From assembly GCF_001194135.2 (NCBI RefSeq), contig NC_068991.1, positions 21,659,996 to 21,721,434 of the forward strand: a stretch of 61,439 nucleotides of DNA, in the 5' to 3' direction. The stretch comes from Octopus bimaculoides. Taxonomy: Eukaryota. Positions within the stretch are counted from its first letter, which is position 1, and each line of letters starts with the position of its first letter. Below are positions 52,290 to 61,439 of this stretch, one piece after another. The position numbers and the translations under genes were made by a program. The notes beneath the pieces were generated by a model. It was not told where the DNA came from. It searched no databases and saw only the letters and a program-made list of their open reading frames with translations.

Positions 52290-52565
52290 GTAGGTCAGAA
52301 ATTGAAAGAAGCCTGTCATATATGTGTGTGTGTGTTGATTTGTTTATGTCTCCATAACTTAGTGGTTTGGTAAAAGAGACCAGCCTTTAAAAAAATGTAC
52401 TGGGGGGGGGGGGGTGATTTGTTTGATTAAACCCTTCAGTTGTTCCTATCAGTAAGAACAGAAAAAATGTAGGCTTCCAAAGAATAAGTCCTGGGGTCGT
52501 TTGCTCGACTAAAGGTGGTGCTCCAGCATGGCCGCAGTCAAATGACTGAAACAAGTAAAAGAGAG
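52290..52565 (+). mobile_element. Family A SINE, 3' part
   Basis: ...gaataagtcctggggtcg...ccagcatggccgcagtcaaatgactgaaacaagtaaaag tail. Confidence 0.75.
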
Positions 52566-53584
52566 TAAATAAATAAATACTATAGGTCCCAATGCATTGA
52601 TTTGCCTGCCCAGGGGTGTTTATAATGCTGCTAAGACAGCCCTGACCACAACCTCTCTCTTTTTATGTATGTGTCTGCTGGAGTCTTGACAAGGATATTT
52701 CTTTAGTATTAAGAAGCAATTGTGTTACTATGTAATTCCTTCATATAGTTGTGATGATTCCCATCTATAAATATGGCAGTCTATGATTTTAGCATAAATA
52801 TTTAGACTTTCTTTCCCACATACTCATTCACTAAACTTGTTAAACTTTGCTGAATGAATATATACTTGTTTCATTGTTGCTTAACCATTTATATAACCTA
52901 CCTTAGTGTGTGTGAAAAATACAATTTTCCAGGTATACCAAGAGGTAAATATCTTTGAACATTCACAATTGAATGAACCCAAACAAAAATGATTTTTTAA
53001 AACAAATTTATTCTGTAAGGCAACTCAAATGAGGTAACACATTGCCTCATGCCTGGGGACTTAATAAGATCCCACTGTTTGACTATAGTAACTTCAGATT
53101 GATCTCATCCTCAGAATCAAAACATCCCTGAGGTTGTGATTAATCCATTTGAAGACTGTCAAAGGACCTTTCCTGTTATTGGCAGCTGGTTTAATCTATT
53201 GCCCATTATAACACCAGTGTTGTTGGCCTGAGAATAGCTTCATTATTTCTCTGCTCCTCTCTTAGAGGCCCTAAAAAGGACTGAGACAATGTGATTTGAA
53301 TGTGAACTTCTTAACCACACATGCAGCCATGTTTAATGCCAGCTGTGTCTCTCTATTTATTCAGTTTTCTTACAGCTATTGTCATAGATCTTCTGCTTAG
53401 AGTAAGATTAGCAGAGTCTCGAATTCCATTCAGTCTGCTTAACTGCTGTGCAGTGCTCATCATGTCAAATTTATGTTGTATATATTTCAGAATTTAGAAA
53501 CAAGCCTACATACACACACATTTATATCTTTATATATAGGTATGTTAGTGCAGATAGGAAAAATAGAAATCAAAATATGAGTAT

Positions 53585-53980
53585 ATACTCTTTTACTTGT
53601 TTCAGTCATTTGACTGTGGCCATGCTGGAGCACCGCCTTTAGTCGAGCAAATCGACCCCAGGACTTATTTTTTGTAAGCCTAGTACTTATTCTATCAGCC
53701 TCTTTTTGCTGAACCGCTAAGTGACGGGGGACATAAACACACCAGCATCGGTTCTCAAGCGATGGTAGGCGGACAAACACAGACACATACACATACGTAT
53801 ATATATACATATATACGACGGGCTTCTTTCAGTTTCCGTCTACCAAATCCACTCCCAAGGCTTTGGTTGGCCCGAGGCTATAGTAGAAGACACTTGCCCA
53901 AGGTGCCATGTAGTGGGACTGAACCCGGAACCATGTGGTTGGTAAGCAAGCTATTTACCACACAGTCACTCCTACGCCTA
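53585..53980 (-). mobile_element. tRNA-head SINE (family A), full length
   Basis: Head, central (AT/CA)n and tail all present; degenerate copies at ~578-725, 7200-7360, 18820-18955 and 29150-29245. Confidence 0.85.
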
Positions 53981-54057
53981 TAGAGTGACTCAAGGTCCAT
54001 GAGTGTTGTGCGTTGGTGTGCCAACATATGAAACTCTTGGACCTTGAGTCACTCTAT
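53980..54057. repeat. 78-nt hairpin
   Basis: 25-bp stem with 24/25 matches and a 28-nt loop. Confidence 0.9.
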
Positions 54058-54675
54058 TTCTTCTGCTAAATATTAATAAAAATATACATAGAAAGAGAGG
54101 TGGGGGACAATGCTCATTATAATAGTACTTTTGTAACTTGGTTTACTACAGATTACTTTATAGTGCTTGTTTATATGTTTGTATGTATTTGTCTTGTTGT
54201 TGCTCTTTAGCCCTCGGTCAGCCCTGGTTCTGTGGTTCTTTGATAAAACATGTTCAATCTACAATCATCTCATTTTTATAACCGCAATGTTATGTCAGAG
54301 TGTATTCTGTGTTCTCCCTTTGTTTTGTTTTTTTAATAGTGTAGTAGTGTGTGATTTAGCTCCTATTTTTGTTTGGTACAATGACAGCATGCAAACTGTC
54401 TTATCAGTTGTATGTGTTTGTATATGGAGATAACAGTAACCTAGTGGATTTAGTGTTGGCCTAATCAGTGTTTCAGCTGTGACTTAGTATTGTCTCTTAT
54501 TGTATCATTTTGCAGTTAGACTCTGAACTGCTTCAGTTCATCCAGCTAATATTAATTAGTAATGAAAACAATATATCATATAGGAAATTAGTTAATTATT
54601 CTTATATGACTTAGAATAAGGACTGATTTAGAGTAAAGAGGAAAAGTGTTGTATTCCATTGTAGAAATTATTCCA

Positions 54676-54709
<34 letters not shown>

Positions 54710-56105
54710 CCTTTCTACTATAGGCACAAGGCCTGAAATTTGATGGGAGGGGGCTAGTCGATTACATCAACCTCAGTGCTTGATTGGTATTCATTTTACT
54801 GACCCCGAGAGAATGAAAGGCAAAATTGACCTCGGTGGAATTTGAACTCAGAACATAAAGACAGGTGAAATGCCACTAAGCATTTTGCCTGGCATGTTAA
54901 CGTTTCTGCCAGCTCACCGTCTTAATAATAATTATGATTAATAATGATAATGGTTTCAGATTTTGGTGCAAAGCCAGCTATTTTAAGGAAGTGGTAAATT
55001 TATTACATTGACACCCCACCCCACCACCACTTTCAAGTGATACTTATTTTATTGACCTTGAAAGGATGAAAAGCAAAGTCAACCTCGGTGGAATTTGAAC
55101 TCAGAATATAAAGAGCTGAAAGCAATGCTGCTAAGCATTTTGTCTGCCTTGCTAATGATTCTACCAGTTCACCACCAAATATTGGCACAAGGCTTGCAAT
55201 TTCAGGAGATAAGTTGATTATTTTATCAACCCTGAAAAGATGAAAGGCTAAATTGACCACAGCAAAATTTGAACTCAGAATGTAATGACAGGTAAAGTGC
55301 TGCTAAGTATTTTACCTGGCATGCTAACAATTCTGCCAACTCGCCATCATAATAATAATGTCCTGATGCAGTACCAGGCAGTGGCTCTCATGGCTTCTGA
55401 TCTTAACTGATTGGAAGTGTTATCATGTACATTGTTTTATCTTGGTATAAAAAGATGGGCTACAGTAAATATTCTGCCTAATACCACAGATTTGCTTGTC
55501 AACTGTTTGACCTTAACCAGTTGAGCATGTCCCTTGGTGGCTGATGATATGTGCATCTCTGATCATGAGCAGAAGTAGTGGGGGAGCATCATAGCCATGT
55601 GTTGAGAGAAATTCTTTGGGATTTGGATTATTCACCTTTGGAAAGATGGTTGTTTTGTTCAACATCCTTAAACAATCCTTATTCAGGGACCTTTTGAGCG
55701 AGATGGGGTAATCGACCTGAAGAAAATTCTAACTGGGCCCCACCTGCAAGGTCATTCACTGTTTATCTTGATATGAAATCACCATGTTGCGCACATATGG
55801 TTGTGATGCATGTGCATGCTGTACCCTTATCAGACGGGTAGTCATGATGGGTATACTGGGCTTCGTATATTTTACCCCAGTGTCACTGTGATGGCTTGCA
55901 CTGATCTCTCAATAATAATAATCGTTTCTACTATAAGCACACGACCTGAAATTTGTGAGGAGGGGACTACTTGATTACATCGATCCCAGTGTTTCACTGG
56001 TACTTAATTTATCGACCCTGAAAGAATGAAAGGCAAAGTCAACCTCGGCAGAATTTGAACTCAAAACATAAAGACAGACGAAATGCCACTAAGCATCTTG
56101 CCCAG
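54710..56105 (-). mobile_element. Cluster of four family B SINE fragments (~54710-54922, 55045-55170, 55225-55348, 55925-56105) with a different repeat at 55370-55912
   Basis: Repeated tgaaaggcaaagtc/gacctcgg..gaatttgaactcagaa blocks separated by (AAT)n; the inserted repeat has a reverse partial copy at ~12130-12300. Confidence 0.75.
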
Positions 56106-56550
56106 TGTGGACTCTGCAAGTTGCATTGTAGGTTAACTGTCGAGGAAGGTCAGATAGGAATTGATATGGGATTGAGAGCTGCAGAAACCGCTCTTGTACT
56201 AGTGGCACAGTAACACCCCATCAGACTCAATTAACAATGTTGGTTTTTCTATTTTACTGTGTGCCAGATGATGACTGCAATGAGTGGTGGGATGCTTTGA
56301 GAACTGTCTAAACAATACCAACATAGCAAAGCAGATGTAAAATTATTGCTAAATCAAAGCAAATAAAACGGCTATGTCGAAATTGAAATATATCAGTTGT
56401 AAAGTCCACACAATCTATTGTGGTTTAACACTAAAAATCATTTTATATTAATATGTATATATATAGTCTTATACATGCTTGACACTCTTACGTTATTGCT
56501 GTGATTCTCAAGTTACTTTATCTGAGGTTTTTTTCTTACAACCCACTCCA

Positions 56551-56771
56551 CCCTTTTGATACCAATCTGCTTGAAGCCGACCTTGGATTTATGATACAAG
56601 CACTCTGTTTTAAAATGATCTTGATTTAAGCTTTTTATCCAAATTTCATGTCAGTTTAGGTTTCAAATACCAACTTAATGACAAAATTATTTAATTAAAT
56701 TTTTTATTATTTCCAAAATTAATTGAAACAAAGACTGTATTTTAGTAGAAATGTGGTAACAAAAGGGTTAA
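56551..56771. mobile_element. piggyBac-type MITE
   Basis: cccttttgatacca ... tggtaacaaaaggg-TTAA. Confidence 0.75.
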
Positions 56772-57679
56772 AGCTACAGAAATTATGCTATCCTGTATCT
56801 AATACATGTTACCTGTCCATAGAATGTCTGTTAATTAGATTCAAGTAGAATTTTTCTACTTTAATTATCGGATTCTTAATTTCTTTACTCAGTTCAATGC
56901 TATTTTACCATACAGTCAGAATAAAAACAATTTTGAAATCAAATTCTTCTGTGCCCTTCTACATTATGCTTCATTCTCCTACATTGTTAAATCTTATTTC
57001 TGTGGTGTGTTTCAATATTTGTTGTCATTGTACTTGTTAATTCTATACCACTGGATGATTAATTTCTGATATCTCTGTATACTGTATATCTATAGCTTTA
57101 TCAATATTATCTGTATATTATCAAACTAAAGACAGTGTGTCCTTGGCCACATTTAAACCTAAATGGCTTACAATGTTCTATCGCTGACCTATAGATTATT
57201 GGTTCAAACCCACTTTTTCTGAACTGTACCTCTTTCAGCTGTTTGAAACAATGTTTCTTGGGTAGATGTGCAGCTGTAATAGTTCTGGGTAGACTGGCAT
57301 TATAGAAAGTGAAGGTATTTTTTGTCCTTAGCTGAGGCTGTGTTTATTGCTATTGCTGCGGTTGGTATTTAGCACCGAGTCAGCTGTATGATGAAAGGCA
57401 TTTTAACTATGATCTTCACATCAGTATAATTGTTTTAAAATGGTTAAGTATGATTTGAGGGAGATTTAGCTGCTATTTCTACCAGATTGAGTGACAGTCT
57501 AGAGACTCCATTGTTGAATGGTGTAGTTATTATTGTTGGGTATCCAAGAGTAACCCCAATCAAGCAGTTCTATTACATACAGATAGCTGGCTGAGTGACA
57601 AGGTGTGACATATAATTATAACATAGCACTTTGGATTCTGCACAATCCAGTATACAGTGAAGGATCATATGGGTGAAAC

Positions 57680-58500
57680 CTGACAGTCTGACCATGTTGT
57701 ACTCACCACTGTCTGGCAGATTTTGATGGTGGCTACAACAGTGATAGACAAAATGGACTCCAAGTGCAATAGTTGCAGTTCCTCTGCACTGGTGTGCATC
57801 TCAGCATAGTGTTTGATGCCATTGGGTGGATATTTCTTATATTTGTTCTGAATGAGAAAGATCGTGTTTTGATGATGTTGGAGTTGAACTCTGAGGTATG
57901 ATGTATGGTGGTCATTTTTCGTGTAATGACAAGGACTGGAGTTGAAGCTTCTTGAAACAAAATGTGCGCCTTGCATGGAAATACATGCTGGTCTTTCATT
58001 TTTAGTATTTTTGTTTTGTTTTGTAGCTAGTGAATAAGTGTGGTTTATGTACACCCTGTGAAAATGTATGTTATCTTGGTTACAGTGTAGGTTCTTTTGT
58101 TTATTGTAAAGAGACTGGGGGGGGGGGCATTTATTATTTTTTTACTGAATGTAGTACTTGTAATGCCTGAGTATATTTGTGCATTTTGTTTTACTTATTT
58201 TACTATTCATTATACATGTCATGAATGTTCTGGAGGTGTTGTATGTAACTTCTTGTAGTTTTTATTTTCTTTTGAGTGTGAAGGTCAGTTGTATTTGATG
58301 TTCTCTTGTAAAGCTGATAAGAAGGATTCAGTGGGTGCAACTTTAAGTCTGTTGTTGTCCAGCCAGATTTCTAACTGATTTATGTAGGGTGGAGTTGTTG
58401 TGCAGCTGTCTAGAGAATGGTAGTAAGGTGTATGATATCCTCTAGATATGAGGTGGTCTGTATATTTTATAGAAATAATGAGAAGGTTTTGTAAGTAGCG
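57680..58500 (-). mobile_element. Highly decayed non-LTR retrotransposon RT/C-terminal region (Ingi/I-group-like)
   Basis: YTDHL (decayed YADD) followed by YINQLEIWLDNNRLKVAPTES. Confidence 0.5.
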
Positions 58501-59006
58501 GTCAAAAATGTTGAGCCAACAGAGGAGCTATCAATGTTCTTACTCAACCAGAAATTGTAACTGAATCTTTCTTAAATACCACCCTATTATCCTAAAAATA
58601 ATAGTAATTGTTGATTGTACTGGTGTTTTTCTTTCTTTATTTTTTTTTTTCATGCTATTAATAGATAAGTTAAGGTAAAACTGTATTGTTTTATGTTTCA
58701 TTTGTTTCAACAGTTTGTGAAAATGCTTTTACTTGGCGGATAATTTACTGGGTGTTGGGGAATTTAATATCTCCACATCATTAAACACCAAAAACCTTGT
58801 CTTAAGCAGTAGTCAGTACTTTATGTTTTTTTTTTTTTTTGCTTGCTTTCCCATTGTCTTTCAAATATCTCTTATCTCATTTGTTGTGAATACCTCAACA
58901 GAACACTTCTAACCTGTAGTCAACAAATGAGCATGTATACCACTGTGTGATCACTTATTCTGTTGGAAATAGCAACTGAATATCTCTCAAATCATAACCT
59001 GTCATC

Positions 59007-59484
59007 TTAACCCTTTTGCTACCAACCTGGCTGAGACTATCCTCGGTTTCTATAATAAAAATCTGTTTTAAAGTGATTTAAATTAAAACCGTTCATCAAA
59101 ATTTCACATTAATTTATGTTTCAAACACTACCTTAATGACAAAATTATTTTACTAAATTCGTTATTTTCAAAATTAATTTAAACAAAGGCAATGCATTTC
59201 ATTAGAAATGTGGAAACAGACATGTTTTAAAAAAGGACAGAACATGAATTATGTAGCTCTAGGTATCTTTAACCCTTTAGCATTCAGATTATTCTATCAA
59301 ATGTAATGCTTATTTATTCACATTGTTTTGAATCAATCATGCATTAACTCATAGCTTTAAGATTTCAATGATGTGACTGTTTAGTTTTAGAATGACTGTA
59401 AGATAGTTGTGAAAAGCCAGTTTGAACATAAAACAGGTAGAATATTTGGGCTGTATATGTCCAGTTTAAATACTAAAGAGTTAA
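59007..59484. mobile_element. Two adjacent piggyBac-type MITEs (59007-~59215, truncated; 59269-59484, second family)
   Basis: TTAA-cccttttgctacc; TTAA-ccctttagcatt ... aatactaaagag-TTAA. Confidence 0.7.
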
Positions 59485-60519
59485 TATAATACAGCTATTA
59501 TAACCATGTAATGTTATCTGATATAAACCAGTGGCAAAATGTATTCTGAGCATTATTTGTCATATGTCAAGTAACACTCCTCTCTTATACATACTATGGT
59601 ATTGGTTAGATGAAATACAACCAACATTAATTATACATCATACCACTGAAGTAATTAATTTAGTAGATATAAACATGTTGTTTAGCCCCAGGACAGTCTT
59701 GACTGAGCAGACTTATTAAAGACACACAAGTGGTAAACATTTCGGCCTATATAAGATTACATTATCTAAAAAAAAACATAGGTCTACTCTAAGGTGGTAA
59801 GGTGTAATTTGAGGATTTGGCTGGTATTTCTAGTAAGCCAATGTAAATATGTTACAGTTATGTATTTGTTTTTCAAGATTCTTGAGGTGAAATCTTGAGT
59901 TGAAGCAAATATTGTTATACTTGGGGATGATCTAGTTGGCAAAATATGATCATCTCCAAGTAAAACAATACAATGTAAATATGCTTGTTTTAAAATAAAA
60001 TTCTAAATTAATGAAAGCATGTACTGCACATATACTGCTCTGGTCTTAAACTTTGCCTTGTATCTTTCCAGTGTGATTTGAGAAAATATCTGACCTGAAA
60101 GAACTTCAACTTGTCTTATTTGTTAGCATGAGGGAAGTGACTATAATAAAATATTCTTATAAATATACGAAAATATCAAGACTACAGTAAAACTGACTGA
60201 TCAAGTAAGTACAATGTTATTTGACAAAACCTTTAGTCTATAGTATTTTTTTGATGACCAGAGCTTCTTTTTTTTCCTTTCTTTTCCAAGCAAATCCATA
60301 CTTTTCATGAACAGCACACACAAACGTGCAATGAAAGTACCTTTGTATGGTTGGTAGTCCTGTTGAATATGGCTGCCAAATCACCCTAAAATAAACTGTA
60401 GTATTTTGACACATTGGATAATGTAGTTCTAGATATACAAAGGAAAGGTCACATAATGTCAATAAGTTTGATTGCTGTGAGCAGAGGAAAGTCTAAAATT
60501 TTGCTTTTTTGTCCTTTAG

Positions 60520-60758
60520 GAAAGAATAGAGAAAGGCAAAGATGGCTGTAGGTACACAACAGTCCAACTTAGAAAAATATAAAAGTGTTGTTGGTCAGGA
60601 AGTAGGCACACAGTAATCAGGCAAAACAACATTCTATGAACTCCTTTTGGTTAATTGATGCTTATATTGTACAAGGTTTCCTACTGGTTAATTTGAATGG
60701 CATAGTCAAAGGAGGAAAGCCGGTATCTCAGTCCTTTTTCAGGGCCTTCAAGACTGAG
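60520..60758 (+). CDS. Putative exon pair 60520-60551 and 60676-60758 (MAVG|FLLVNLNGIVKGGKPVSQSFFRAFKTE), weakly PAM16-like N-terminus
   Basis: Acceptors tttgtcctttag and attgtacaag, donors G|gtacac and GAG|gtaagt, phases compatible from the ATG at 60542. Confidence 0.35.
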
Positions 60759-60834
60759 GTAAGTTAACCTTAGACAGAAGACTTGGCCTCAAAATTTACA
60801 ACAGTGTGGACTCCACAAAAAGCATACAAGAAAC

Positions 60835-61439
60835 ACATGAAACTCTGCAGCCGAAGCGACTTCAAACATACACTCAGTTTATGGGAAAGAATGCTTGAAT
60901 GAAAGAACTTGCAGAAGATGGTTTGCAAAATTCAGAAATGGAGATTTCAGCCTTGAAGATGGAAATTGAACAGGACGTCCAGTTGAGTTTGATGATAAGC
61001 TCCTTGGCATTACTTGAAGAAAATCCTGCATTATCAGTTGGCAATAAAGCTTAGTTCAAACCATACAACTGTTCATCGTCATCTTCGACAACTTCCTAAA
61101 GTTGGAAAATGGGTGCCTCATGAATTGTCCAAAAGCAACCATAAATCCCGAGTTGACATCTGCTCTTCTCTCCATTCTCGCAAACTCATTTCACCCTTTT
61201 TGGATAGACTTGTGACTGGTGGCAAAAGAATAGATCTTCTATCGAAATGTTAAACGTCGTAAACAGTGGCTTGGTAAAAGGGAAGAAGCTCAACCACAAC
61301 TGAGGAGGGAACTTCATGAGAAAAAGATTCTTCTCTCTATCTGGTGGGATTGCAAAGGAGTAATTCACTTTGAATTGTTACCACCTAATGCAACAATCAA
61401 TGCTCACGTCTACTGTCAGCAATTAGAGCGTTTGAACCA
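60835..61439 (+). mobile_element. Decayed mariner (DD34D-type) transposase, runs off the window end
   Basis: ERTCRRWFAKFRNGDFSLED..GRP, WVPHELS, FLDRLVTG, WWDCKGVIHFELLPPNATINAHVYCQQLERL, with frameshifts and stops. Confidence 0.92.

Noticed and set aside
55690-55860. CTGAAGA/CTGATAA motifs in the 55370-55912 repeat as hammerheads
   Set aside because: No stem II followed by GAAA and no matching stem I
51883-60120. Scattered acceptor-led short ORFs (51883, ~53380, ~56260 DDCNEWWDALRTV*, ~58715, ~60073)
   Set aside because: Could not be chained with consistent phases or assigned to a family; each is within chance expectation

Overview
AT-rich eukaryotic genomic DNA with 11 N-gaps. Its SINE, MITE and Penelope repertoire and microsatellite style suggest an octopus (inference from repeat families, not a database match). 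Most ORFs in the supplied track are repeat or microsatellite noise; I found the real genes by reading splice signals. (1) 208-3875 (+): the last coding exons of a single-pass membrane protein (EGF, calcium-binding-type EGF, TM helix, short tail). (2) 27569-8860 (-): a 10-exon, 188-aa STYX pseudophosphatase (HGNAGISRS); the first exon is tentative. (3) 28.3-43 kb and 50-61 kb: exon-like fragments that I cannot assemble into named genes, including a possible PAM16-like start at 60.5-60.8 kb. The rest is TE-derived: tRNA-head SINEs, Deu/Nin-domain SINEs, RTE-tail SINEs, RTE, CR1 and Ingi-like LINE relics, Penelope-like elements, mariner and maT transposase relics, and mariner, piggyBac, hAT and Helentron-type MITEs. 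The best leads are a frame-compatible candidate mutually exclusive STYX exon that swaps the acidic loop, Penelope pLTR minimal hammerhead ribozymes downstream of a tRNA-like Pol III promoter, and several long fold-back hairpins.
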